This document shows, one piece after another, positions 40,135-49,452 of a stretch of 64,000 nucleotides of DNA. Within the stretch, counting starts at the first letter, position 1. Each line of letters starts with the position of its first letter. The notes under the pieces are model-generated. The model saw only the letters and a list, made by a program, of their open reading frames with translations, did not search any database and had not been told where the DNA came from. The DNA is from an uncultured euryarchaeote (lineage in GTDB: Archaea > Thermoplasmatota > Poseidoniia > Poseidoniales > Poseidoniaceae). Location: positions 120,214 through 184,213 of the forward strand of contig CALBRH010000051.1 in NCBI GenBank assembly GCA_937899865.1, written 5' to 3'. The translations under genes were made by a program, and so were the position numbers.

Positions 40135-40764
40135 ATGACAGAAGTAGAAATAGAACTAGAGACAACACCAACTCAAGAAGAAATCAAGCCAATCGCTGGT
40201 ATTGGCACATTGGTTTTCGGAAAGTGGGATGCTTCTGAAGTAACCTGCAAAGATCCTGGACTTTCTCCATACATCAACCTAACAACTGTTGGTGTACCAC
40301 ACACGGGAGGCAGACACGCAAATGCATGGTTTGGAAAAGCAAAACTATCTGTTGTTGAAAGATATATCAACAAATTGATGAGAACTGGTCCATATACTGG
40401 TAAGAAGCAAGGTGCTATGAAAGCCTTCGAAAGTGCTCTCGACAGTATTGCTGACAAATCTGGAGAGAATCCTCTACAAACTTTTGTCGATGCTATTTGC
40501 AACGGTGCGCCAATGGAAGAAATCACCAGAATCAAATTTGGTGCTGTTTCACAACCAAAGGCTGTTGATTCCTCTCCATCAAGAAGACTTGATGTCGCAT
40601 TGAGAAACTTAGCAAAAGGTGCACAACAAGGAACTCACAAGTCAAAGAGAACCCTAACTAGTTGTATCATTAATGAGTTAACTAAGGCTGCAGATGGCGA
40701 TGTGACATCTTATGCAGTTTCCAAGAAGGAAGAACTTGAAAGAATCGCTGCTTCTGCTCGATGA
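40135..40764 (+). CDS. rps7: Ribosomal protein S7 (uS7)
   Basis: Its position after rps12, its length and conserved blocks (KLSVVERYINKLMRTG, SRRLDVALRNLA) support the call. Confidence 0.85.
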   Translation: MTEVEIELETTPTQEEIKPIAGIGTLVFGKWDASEVTCKDPGLSPYINLTTVGVPHTGGRHANAWFGKAKLSVVERYINKLMRTGPYTGKKQGAMKAFESALDSIADKSGENPLQTFVDAICNGAPMEEITRIKFGAVSQPKAVDSSPSRRLDVALRNLAKGAQQGTHKSKRTLTSCIINELTKAADGDVTSYAVSKKEELERIAASAR

Positions 40765-40800
40765 TTTTAATTTCCCAATAATCCTGCTTAGATTTAAGTA

Positions 40801-41661
40801 GTGGCTCAATTTTCGATAACTATGCAATTTTATTTCGCATACGGATCTAACTTGGATTATGACGACTGGTCTTTGTGGTGCAGTAGAAAAAATGCTAATC
40901 CAGAAGGCTTAGTTGAGTACAAGCGTGCTTTCTTACCTGGTTTCACGGTAAAATACAGCCACTATTCTAGTGGCAGAGAGGGGGGTGCTGCAAATCTATA
41001 TCCTGTTACCAATAATTTAGTTGGAACATATGGAGCATTATTTCAAATTGATGAAAATTGCTTAGAACTTTTAGATTCCAAAGAAGGGCATCCTAGTCAT
41101 TATCAACGAATTAATGTCGAAGTTTTAGATGACGATGGTAAATCATTAGATGCAATTACTTACATATCCAAAAAATATGATTCAAATGATTTTTTTCTAC
41201 CAACTGAAAAATATCACAACTTAATTCACAATGGCATGCAAAGAAGGAATATGCCAGTCAACGATATTGAATTAGCAAAACAAAATTTAGACAACTCTGA
41301 TTGTGGATTTATTATCGCTTATGGCACTTTGAAAAAAGGCATGGAAAGAGAGCAAATTATGCCTGGAGAATTTGTTTCAAATGGGAAAATAAAGGGAGAT
41401 TTGTATGATTTAGGACCATTCCCAGGATTATTAGATGGCGATGGTGAAGTTATGTGTGAAATATACTATAGTCGAAATATGGAATCTGATATCGGTTTTT
41501 TAGATCAAATTGAAGGTACAAACTTAATTCCTCCTTTGTATGAAAGAAGATTGATTCCAGTAGAATGTGATGATGGCAAATTAAGGTTTGGAATTTGCTA
41601 TTTTTATTGTGGAGATGTAGCGGGCTACGCATTGATTTCTAATGGCATTTGGAGTGAGTAA
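40801..41661 (+). CDS. Tandem gamma-glutamyl cyclotransferase-like protein (GGCT-like N-domain + GGACT/AIG2-like C-domain)
   Basis: Domain 1 has FAYGSNL...LDSKEGHP (GGCT YGSNL and catalytic-Glu context). Domain 2 has IIAYGTLKKG...LDQIEG.....YERR (AIG2/GGACT signature). Confidence 0.55.
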   Translation: MAQFSITMQFYFAYGSNLDYDDWSLWCSRKNANPEGLVEYKRAFLPGFTVKYSHYSSGREGGAANLYPVTNNLVGTYGALFQIDENCLELLDSKEGHPSHYQRINVEVLDDDGKSLDAITYISKKYDSNDFFLPTEKYHNLIHNGMQRRNMPVNDIELAKQNLDNSDCGFIIAYGTLKKGMEREQIMPGEFVSNGKIKGDLYDLGPFPGLLDGDGEVMCEIYYSRNMESDIGFLDQIEGTNLIPPLYERRLIPVECDDGKLRFGICYFYCGDVAGYALISNGIWSE

Positions 41662-41741
41662 GATAAATGCTATATTTCCAATAGATGCGAGTTGCTTAAG
41701 AACCCCTCTTTAGTGGCCAACACATCGAGAAGTGGTTAAAC

Positions 41742-43949
41742 ATGGGCCGAAAAGAAGACAATATCAAGAAAGCAACTGAAGTAATGAACATATTACCACA
41801 GATTCGTAATCTGTGTATCGCTGCACACATAGACCATGGAAAGACTACCTTATCTGACAACTTGATTGCTGGTGCAGGTATGATGTCCAGTGATTTGGCT
41901 GGTGCAGCACGTGTTTTGGACTTTGACGAACAAGAATCAGCTCGTGGAATTACCATTAATGCTGCTTCTGCATCCATGGTGCACCAAGTTGAAGGAACTG
42001 ATTATCTAATCAACCTAATCGACACACCAGGTCACGTTGACTTTGGTGGCGACGTTACCAGAGCAATGCGTGCTGTTGACGGATGTTTCATTCTTGCTTG
42101 TGCTGTAGAAGGACCAATGCCTCAAACTGAAACTGTGGTAAGACAAGCACTGAAAGAAAAAGTAAAGCCGGTTCTATTCATTAACAAAGTTGACAGACTA
42201 ATCAATGAGTTACAAGTAACTCCTGAAGATATGATGGAGAGATTTAAGGGAACAATTACTAAAGTAAACAAACTAATCAAGCAATTTGCTCCAGAAGAAT
42301 TCAAGAAAAGTTGGCAAGTAAGTGTTGGTGATGGAACTGTTGCATTTGGTTCAGCATACCACAACTGGGGAATTACTGTACCATACATGCAAAAGTCAGG
42401 TATCTCATTCAAGGATATTTTCCAATATTGTAATGATGAGAATCAAAAAGAATTGGCACAAAAAGCTCCAGTTCACGAAGTTTTACTCGACATGTCTGTC
42501 TCAAAGTTACCAAGCCCAGTTGAAGCTCAACCATATCGTATACCAAATATTTGGACTGGAGACTTAGATTCAGCTGTTGGCAAGTCGATGATTGGCTGTG
42601 ACCCTGAAGCAGAACTTGCTATGATGATTACCAAGATATGGATGGATCCACACGCTGGTGAAGTCGCAGTAGGTAGGATTTATTCAGGCGCTATAAGCCA
42701 AGGTGAATCTGTTTACGCAATTGGTGCTGCTAAGCCAGAACGTGTTCAACAAGTTAGTATGATGGTCGGTGGAGATAGAATCACTGTTCCAAAAGTTGTT
42801 GCAGGAAATATAGCAGCATTGACTGGAATTAGATCTGCTGCTGCTGGTGTAACGCTATCAAGAGACAAGGATTTCACTCCATTCGAAGCAATTCGACATT
42901 ATTCTGAGCCTGTGGTTACTGTTGCAGTTGAACCAAAGAGTATGAAGGATTTGCCTAAATTTATCGATGCTCTAAGAGCATTAGCAAAATCAGATGCTTC
43001 TCTTCAAGTTACCACCAATCAAGAGACTGGTGAGGCTCTTCTTGCTGGAATGGGTGAACTACATTTGGAAATCACTGTTTATCGTATCGAAGAAGAACAA
43101 AATATCAAGGTCAAGGTTAGTCCGCCTATTGTTGTTTATCGAGAAGGTATTGAAGGAAATAATCATGGCAGACCTTTCGAAGGAAAGTCACCTAATAGAC
43201 ACAACAGATTTTACTTTGAAGTTGAACAACTCCCTACTGAAGTAGTTGAAGCACTAAAGTCTGGTGAATTGGGTGACGGACCTGTTAGAAATAAAGATGC
43301 CAAGGAAGTTGGAAACAAATTCGGCGAATATGGAATGGACAAAGATTTGATGCGAAAGATATACGCAATCAAAGGAACTAATGTCCTTGTTAATGACACT
43401 AAGGGTATTCAGAACCTTCACGAAACTCGTGAATTGATTATTGAAGCATTCAATGAAGTATGTGTAAAAGGACCAATTGCTGATGAGCCTGTTCAAGGAA
43501 TGTTCGTAAGACTAGTAGATGCAAAGTTGCACGAAGACGCGATTCACAGAGGTCCAGCTCAAACAATACCCGCGGTTAGAAATGGTATCAAGGGCGCAAT
43601 GGTACGTGCTAGAACCATCATTTTAGAACCAATGCAGAAAGCATTTGTTTCCGTACCTAATGACTGGCTTGGACAAGTTACTAGAGAAGTTACAAACCGA
43701 AGAGGTATTATCGAAGACATGCCATCTGACGGAGATGTAACCACTGTAGTTGGAATTATCCCAATTGCTGAAACCTTTGGTTTCTCTAATGACATTAGAG
43801 CGGCGTCTCAAGGTAGAGCAGTATGGAACACTGAGAACCTTGGATTTGACCCACTTCCTCCACAACTATTTGACAAGGTAGTTGGAGAGATTAGAACTCG
43901 TAAGGGATTGAAGCCAGAGCCAAACCCAGAATCTTACTATTCAGACTGA
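41742..43949 (+). CDS. fusA: Translation elongation factor 2 (aEF-2)
   Basis: The N-terminus MGRKED....IRNLCIAAHIDHGKTTLSDNL is the EF-2 G domain. The diphthamide-loop His lies in AIHRGPAQ. Confidence 0.9.
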   Translation: MGRKEDNIKKATEVMNILPQIRNLCIAAHIDHGKTTLSDNLIAGAGMMSSDLAGAARVLDFDEQESARGITINAASASMVHQVEGTDYLINLIDTPGHVDFGGDVTRAMRAVDGCFILACAVEGPMPQTETVVRQALKEKVKPVLFINKVDRLINELQVTPEDMMERFKGTITKVNKLIKQFAPEEFKKSWQVSVGDGTVAFGSAYHNWGITVPYMQKSGISFKDIFQYCNDENQKELAQKAPVHEVLLDMSVSKLPSPVEAQPYRIPNIWTGDLDSAVGKSMIGCDPEAELAMMITKIWMDPHAGEVAVGRIYSGAISQGESVYAIGAAKPERVQQVSMMVGGDRITVPKVVAGNIAALTGIRSAAAGVTLSRDKDFTPFEAIRHYSEPVVTVAVEPKSMKDLPKFIDALRALAKSDASLQVTTNQETGEALLAGMGELHLEITVYRIEEEQNIKVKVSPPIVVYREGIEGNNHGRPFEGKSPNRHNRFYFEVEQLPTEVVEALKSGELGDGPVRNKDAKEVGNKFGEYGMDKDLMRKIYAIKGTNVLVNDTKGIQNLHETRELIIEAFNEVCVKGPIADEPVQGMFVRLVDAKLHEDAIHRGPAQTIPAVRNGIKGAMVRARTIILEPMQKAFVSVPNDWLGQVTREVTNRRGIIEDMPSDGDVTTVVGIIPIAETFGFSNDIRAASQGRAVWNTENLGFDPLPPQLFDKVVGEIRTRKGLKPEPNPESYYSD

Positions 43950-43954
43950 GCGAC

Positions 43955-44416
43955 ATGCTAGCCAAAGTTACTGGCTTACATACTTCTGATGGCGGAGTTC
44001 CAAAGACTCCTGTAGAATTGTTGGAGGTTACGTTTAGCGGCTGTGTTGGTGACAAGCAGAATGATTTGAAACATCATGGTGGTATAGACAAAGCAGTTTG
44101 TATCTTACAGCAGGAAATTATTGAGCAATTAAACCAAGAGGGGCATCCAATTACTGCTGGAAGCACAGGTGAAAATATTCTAATTCATGGTCTTGCAATA
44201 GGCGATATTAAACCTGGGTCAGTAATTAAGTTCCCAGATGTTCTACTTATGATTACCCAAGATGCCCCACCTTGTAAAACAATCAAGGAATCATTTCTTG
44301 ATGGATACTTTAATGCTATTTCTCATATTAGATCACCAAATAATACTAGATGGTATGCTAAGGTAATTGAAGAGGGTTCAGTTAGATTGAATGATTCTAT
44401 TGAAGTGATCAACTAA
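43955..44416 (+). CDS. MOSC domain protein (YiiM-like)
   Basis: It is a ~150-aa beta-barrel protein with the conserved GD...HGG..KA and PC motifs of MOSC domains. Confidence 0.5.
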   Translation: MLAKVTGLHTSDGGVPKTPVELLEVTFSGCVGDKQNDLKHHGGIDKAVCILQQEIIEQLNQEGHPITAGSTGENILIHGLAIGDIKPGSVIKFPDVLLMITQDAPPCKTIKESFLDGYFNAISHIRSPNNTRWYAKVIEEGSVRLNDSIEVIN

Positions 44417-46229
44417 TTCTCTTTAATTGGTAATCTGTTAATTCTCGTAGAGCCAGTAATGCTGGACTGTCTGGTAGGCGATCTAAGCATGCATGGGCTC
44501 TTTTGTGATACATTTCCGCTTTTTCTCTAGCATATTCTACCGAACCAATAGTGTTTAGTGCGGCTAAACCAAGATCTATTTCTGCTTGGGTTGCAGAATC
44601 CCCTTTACCAAGTACAGCCTTGAGATCATTTAGGGCTGGTGAATCTTTTTGTGATAGTGCGTGAATTACCATTAGTGTCCTCTTTCCTTGGGCTAAATCA
44701 GACCCTGCTGGCTTACCAAGAGTGTCTGAATCAGATAGTACATCAATTAAATCATCCATCAATTGGAAACAAAGCCCAACCGCAAGACCCCAATCTGCCA
44801 TACATTGTATGGTCTCATCATCTGCTCCAGACATACGAGAACCTACTTCTGCACATGTGAGAAACATGACTGCTGTTTTGCCTTCAATCATTTCGAAATA
44901 ATCATCCTCAGATACTGCAATTCTATCTTCAAATTCAATATCTAATTGCTGTCCTTCACTTACTCGCCTAACCATCCAAGCTAAGCGATTTACCATTGCA
45001 CCTACATCTTTGTGTTCAAGACCCTTAGCTCCAACTAATCTCTCAAAGGCAATCGCTAACATAGCATCTCCTGCATTGATTGCTGTGGGCAAACCATATT
45101 CTATGTGAACTGCATTAAGACCTCTTCTAGTATCATCATCATCCATAATGTCATCATGAACTAAAGTAAAATTATGGACGATTTCAATTGCTGCTCCAAC
45201 ATCCAATAAACCTGAGTGAGAATCTCCGACTGCTTTTCCAACCAACCATGGCAATGTTGCCCTAAGTCTTTTGCCTCCTCCTTCAATCAAATGCATCATA
45301 GCACTCGATAAGCGAGAATGTTTTGAAGCACAAAGACTGTCAGAAATCCTCTTTTCAACAAGTGGCTTTACTTCCATTATCGACGTGCTTAATCCAGCGC
45401 CAGTTGCATAAGTTAGCATATGCGAAACATCACCCATATCATGAATCATACCGTCTCTTAATCCAAGCAACTTTTGCTCATCACCAATACTATTCCACCA
45501 TTCATCTGACATCACTTGAGCCGCTATACATCTAAACCAGGGGGCAATTTCGCCATCAATATCTATTTCACCAGTTAATATTGATTCCAACTCTTGCTGA
45601 CTAACCCACTTAACATCTGAAACTTCATTTTTGTTGATTGAAAGGTTGACATCTGCTTGAATTACCAAAATGTGGTCTATCTCTCGCTCAATCCAATCCT
45701 CATTCATCCTTGCTGAATACATCATTTTAGTAACAAAGTGAAAATCTTCTAACTTTAATTCACTAGGATCTATACCAAGTTCTTGGTGAAGTTTTCTTAT
45801 CGCTGCACGTTTTACTCCCAATGAATCTTTTAATTCTGATTCTTCTGTAGAATTTAATGGATGTGAGCAGCATGAGTTAGCCCAAACACCTGGAAATGTA
45901 ACTTTATCATCGGCTCTTTTTTGCAACAATAGTCTGTTTTCACTATCAAATAATAACACACTAAAAGCTCTATGAAGTAAACCTGCTTCAAAATGAGCAG
46001 AAACCTTTGAGGCTTGGCCGATTTCATTATCGTCTTCATCGACAAGTATTACCGCTTCTGACATGAGTGAAATTTGCTCTTCATCTGCTGATTTATTAAT
46101 CAACATCTGCATCATATCATCATCTATTGTAACCGACGGAACATCATCTATTTGGTATCCAGCCAAGTCATCACCATACCTTGCACTTGAACTCAATAAA
46201 TGAATAGTTCCCCTATTAAGGAACTTCAA
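44409..46229 (-). CDS. Fusion protein: isopentenyl-diphosphate isomerase type 1 (Nudix) + geranylgeranyl-diphosphate synthase (trans-prenyltransferase)
   Basis: The N-terminal half, HRAFSVLLFDSENRLLLQKRADDKVTFPGVWANSCCSHP, is IDI-1. The C-terminal half has the first and second Asp-rich motifs LVHDDIMDDDDTRRG and FQLMDDLID...GKPAGSDLAQGKRT. It is a single uninterrupted 606-aa ORF. Confidence 0.7.
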   Translation of the reverse strand: MKFLNRGTIHLLSSSARYGDDLAGYQIDDVPSVTIDDDMMQMLINKSADEEQISLMSEAVILVDEDDNEIGQASKVSAHFEAGLLHRAFSVLLFDSENRLLLQKRADDKVTFPGVWANSCCSHPLNSTEESELKDSLGVKRAAIRKLHQELGIDPSELKLEDFHFVTKMMYSARMNEDWIEREIDHILVIQADVNLSINKNEVSDVKWVSQQELESILTGEIDIDGEIAPWFRCIAAQVMSDEWWNSIGDEQKLLGLRDGMIHDMGDVSHMLTYATGAGLSTSIMEVKPLVEKRISDSLCASKHSRLSSAMMHLIEGGGKRLRATLPWLVGKAVGDSHSGLLDVGAAIEIVHNFTLVHDDIMDDDDTRRGLNAVHIEYGLPTAINAGDAMLAIAFERLVGAKGLEHKDVGAMVNRLAWMVRRVSEGQQLDIEFEDRIAVSEDDYFEMIEGKTAVMFLTCAEVGSRMSGADDETIQCMADWGLAVGLCFQLMDDLIDVLSDSDTLGKPAGSDLAQGKRTLMVIHALSQKDSPALNDLKAVLGKGDSATQAEIDLGLAALNTIGSVEYAREKAEMYHKRAHACLDRLPDSPALLALRELTDYQLKRIS

Positions 46230-47041
46230 TTACTGAATATTTGAGTGCCGATTGTTGGTACACCAGTACATGCATCAAGCAAACGCTGAGAATTTTCACC
46301 ATTGATTATGAATACATCGATGCCCATTGCTGCAACTTCTGCACCCCTAGTAGCCTTCAAACCAATCCCACCAGTTATATCAATATCTGAGTGATGGACA
46401 CCAGAAAACTCTACATTTGGTGACCACTTATCAATTAAATCATCATCAGTAGCTACTTTAGGTGGCCTTCTAAGAATTCCATCTACTCCTTTAACAGCAA
46501 AAATCAACCTAGACACATTTGGAACATCTTGGCATATTCTTACTACTAAATCATCACCAGATAATATTCCAAATCCACCAACATCACAATCTACTACATC
46601 ACCAAAAGTGATTACAACTTCTTTGCTTGAATCAAATCGATCAACTATGTTTCCACTGAAATTACTTCCTGTATTCCTAACCCACTTGTGTGGGGGGTGA
46701 GAAATTGTCGAAATTCCCTTTTCAGCAAATGATTTTTTAATGATTGAATTTAAAGTAAGCATTTCTTTACGTACTATACTAACAGCCTGTATTTGTGATT
46801 CACAATCCTCTTGTGGAGAGAAATCATGATTTGCAATTAAGCCTTCATTTAGTCGCCAATGTTTAGCTCTTAGATGGCCGAATGAACCTGCACCATGAAC
46901 AACAATTATTCTCAACCCTTGTTGTAAACAATTTTCCACAACACCTACTAAATTATCAATTATATTGATCTCAGGCGTACACATTTGAGACTTGTTCGTG
47001 ATTAGTCCACCTCCGAACTTAATCACTACGACCTCAGCCAT
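46226..47041 (-). CDS. ipk: Isopentenyl phosphate kinase
   Basis: It carries the amino-acid-kinase fold IPK motifs VIKFGGGLI, VVHGAGSFGH, ILSGDDLV and DIDITGG. Its stop overlaps the IDI::GGPPS start (ATGA). Confidence 0.75.
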   Translation of the reverse strand: MAEVVVIKFGGGLITNKSQMCTPEINIIDNLVGVVENCLQQGLRIIVVHGAGSFGHLRAKHWRLNEGLIANHDFSPQEDCESQIQAVSIVRKEMLTLNSIIKKSFAEKGISTISHPPHKWVRNTGSNFSGNIVDRFDSSKEVVITFGDVVDCDVGGFGILSGDDLVVRICQDVPNVSRLIFAVKGVDGILRRPPKVATDDDLIDKWSPNVEFSGVHHSDIDITGGIGLKATRGAEVAAMGIDVFIINGENSQRLLDACTGVPTIGTQIFSN

Positions 47042-47088
47042 ATACTATCCAATAGTTACACACTCAATAGCATTATGACTCACAAGGA

Positions 47089-47457
47089 TTGATGAACGAG
47101 ATGATACACAGTGGTATTATGGCAGAGGGGCCTTTGGTTGAAGAATTCATGCGCCATCTACAGGCTGGTTTAGATGAAGCCATGGAAATTGATGATGAAA
47201 TTGAGCGAAATGATAGGATTCTTCAATTAGAAATTGCAATTCAAGAAGCCATTATTTTCAAAAATCGCTATCAAGAATTAGTCAGCCATGGAATTGATCC
47301 CTTAGTATTGGTCAAGCAAAAAGATGGTGAAGAAATGCCGCCTCCTGTGACAAAGTCGCAAGCACTTACTCTTGGAGTATCTACTTGCACAAAATGTGGT
47401 GCAACATTAGATGCAGAACTTGATTTCTGTCCAACATGTGGTGAAATCCAAAAGTAG
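47089..47457 (+). CDS. Small protein with a C-terminal zinc ribbon
   Basis: It has CTKCG....CPTCG at the C-terminus. Confidence 0.4.
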   Translation: MMNEMIHSGIMAEGPLVEEFMRHLQAGLDEAMEIDDEIERNDRILQLEIAIQEAIIFKNRYQELVSHGIDPLVLVKQKDGEEMPPPVTKSQALTLGVSTCTKCGATLDAELDFCPTCGEIQK

Positions 47458-47459
47458 AT

Positions 47460-48212
47460 TCACTCTTCTTCTTCAGCTTCCCACTTAGCAATTATCTCAA
47501 CAATTACTGGATCATCTTCTTCAACTTGATAAAGATAATCTGATGGCATATCAGTAGTCAAAAATACTGATTTGCCTGCTCGGAAAATCGTATTTCCATC
47601 TGCAATTGCCCTCGTAGTATCTACTTCTATAATCGCTGGCCTATCTATCCTAACATGACCTGCTTCCATTGCCTTGTTGATGGTTTTGGATAAATGAACG
47701 TGTTGCCTGTCACCCGCAGTAATTCCAAATTCAAGAATTGTAGCTACTTGATTAGGCTCACACGGCCAGTATAATTCTTCAGGGATATCATCTGTTGGTA
47801 GATCAAGTTCTAATTCGATAGAGTGGCCGTAAGTAGCTCTTATCATTTCACCTTCAACTTGATATCTACCTTTCTCATCAGAGTTAGCAATTGCTTCAAA
47901 ATGCCATCCTCTCAACCAGTGATAATGTCTTCTTTGGTTTGAAATAGAATCTGATAATTCTCTTGTATTTACCCATCCGTTGATGTCCATATCAACACCA
48001 AATTTTTCTGGTGCATGTCTTAAAACAAGTGCTAGAATTCTACCTAATGACTGTGCTTCACGGTCACTCATTATGAACTTGCCTTCTTGATTACATATAG
48101 GGCAGTTACTACCTATGAAAAATTTAGTTTCACACCCGTTGTCTCTACATTGCCTTAGCATGATTCTACGCGGAGAGACTCTGTTATTAGTATCTACGGA
48201 AAATAATTGCAC
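47460..48212 (-). CDS. kptA: RNA 2'-phosphotransferase Tpt1/KptA family with a possible N-terminal Zn-ribbon extension
   Basis: LGRILALVLRHAPEKFG...DGWV, RATYGHS and HVHLS match Tpt1. The first 47 aa contain C..C....CPIC. Translation may instead start at the internal Met (~48071). Confidence 0.6.
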   Translation of the reverse strand: MQLFSVDTNNRVSPRRIMLRQCRDNGCETKFFIGSNCPICNQEGKFIMSDREAQSLGRILALVLRHAPEKFGVDMDINGWVNTRELSDSISNQRRHYHWLRGWHFEAIANSDEKGRYQVEGEMIRATYGHSIELELDLPTDDIPEELYWPCEPNQVATILEFGITAGDRQHVHLSKTINKAMEAGHVRIDRPAIIEVDTTRAIADGNTIFRAGKSVFLTTDMPSDYLYQVEEDDPVIVEIIAKWEAEEEE

Positions 48213-48279
48213 CGATTAACTAAACAATGTAGGTTAGTTTAACCGCTTCAATCAAATGCTTCTTACTCTTGGGACTGTT

Positions 48280-49452
48280 ATGGTTGAAGTAGGCATCATC
48301 GGTGCTGGCCAAACAAAATATGGCAATCATCAACTTGGAATGAAGGGAATGTGGGCTGAAGCCGCAAGAAATGCCTTCGACAGTGTCGACAAAGATTTTC
48401 ACCCTAGTCAAATCGATGAGGCTTTTATTGGCAGCGTCGCATTTGGTGGTGGCCAATTAGGAAATACAGCGGCATTATTAACAGAGCACTCGGGGATGCA
48501 AGGGAAACCTGTTCGACGAGTAGAAAATGCCTGTGCATCTTCAGGTTTTGCTTTACGAGATGCATGGATGGCAATAAAGAGTGGTCAAGCAGATATCGTA
48601 GTAGCAGGCGGTATTGAGAAAATGAATGATTTAACACCAGAGAGAAAGCGATTTTGGCTTGGAGTATCTGGAGATACTGAATGGGAAAGATTGGCTGGAC
48701 TTACTTTTCCAGGCACTTATGCCTTGATGGCACGTAGATATTTTCATGAATTTGATTCAACTCATGACGACTTAGTGAACATTAGTGTGAAAAATCATTT
48801 TCATGGACTTGAAAATCAATTTGCTCATATACGTAAAGATGTTAGTTTTGATAAGGCCAAAAATGGATTTATGGTTGCAGACCCATTGACATTGTATGAT
48901 TGTTGTCCAACATCTGATGGTGCTTCATGTGTTATTCTTGCTGCAGATCACGTGGTAAAACAATTCACTGATGATCCAATTTGGATTAATTCATCTGCTG
49001 CGGCCTCTGATTATTTAGCACTCCATGATAGACCTTCAATCACTCAATTGGTTGCAACTCAAATGGCTGCAAAACGAGCATACTCTATGGCTGGAATAAA
49101 AGCAAACGACATCGATTTGGCTGAAGTTCATGATTGCTTTACCATTGCTGAATTATTAGCTACTGAAGATCTAGGATTTGCTAACCGTGGAGAAGGTGGA
49201 TTGTTTGCTAGAGAAGATAGAGGAAGAAGAAATGAAGGCAATACATGCATCAATCCAAGTGGTGGGCTAAAATCCAAAGGCCATCCTTTAGGTGCAACCG
49301 GAACCGGTCAAACCGTAGAAATTTTCAAGCAACTACGTGGTGAAGTTGAGTCAGTTAGGCAAGTTAGGGATGCTGAAACTGCTCTAAGCCATAATGTCGG
49401 AGGTTCTGGTGCAACATGTGCAGTTCATATTTATGGGAGGGATAAGAGATGA
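48280..49452 (+). CDS. Archaeal-type acetyl-CoA acetyltransferase / thiolase
   Basis: The thiolase fold begins VGIIGAGQTKYG, with the active-site Cys in NACASSG and C-terminal GH..GATG and GG.G blocks. The ORF track begins at 48256. Confidence 0.75.
   Translation: MVEVGIIGAGQTKYGNHQLGMKGMWAEAARNAFDSVDKDFHPSQIDEAFIGSVAFGGGQLGNTAALLTEHSGMQGKPVRRVENACASSGFALRDAWMAIKSGQADIVVAGGIEKMNDLTPERKRFWLGVSGDTEWERLAGLTFPGTYALMARRYFHEFDSTHDDLVNISVKNHFHGLENQFAHIRKDVSFDKAKNGFMVADPLTLYDCCPTSDGASCVILAADHVVKQFTDDPIWINSSAAASDYLALHDRPSITQLVATQMAAKRAYSMAGIKANDIDLAEVHDCFTIAELLATEDLGFANRGEGGLFAREDRGRRNEGNTCINPSGGLKSKGHPLGATGTGQTVEIFKQLRGEVESVRQVRDAETALSHNVGGSGATCAVHIYGRDKR

Noticed and set aside
43540-43580. EF-2 diphthamide loop reads AIHRGPAQ rather than the eukaryotic HRGGGQ
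   Set aside because: RGPAQ is, as far as I recall, the normal archaeal form of this loop. I could not verify it and did not report it as unusual.
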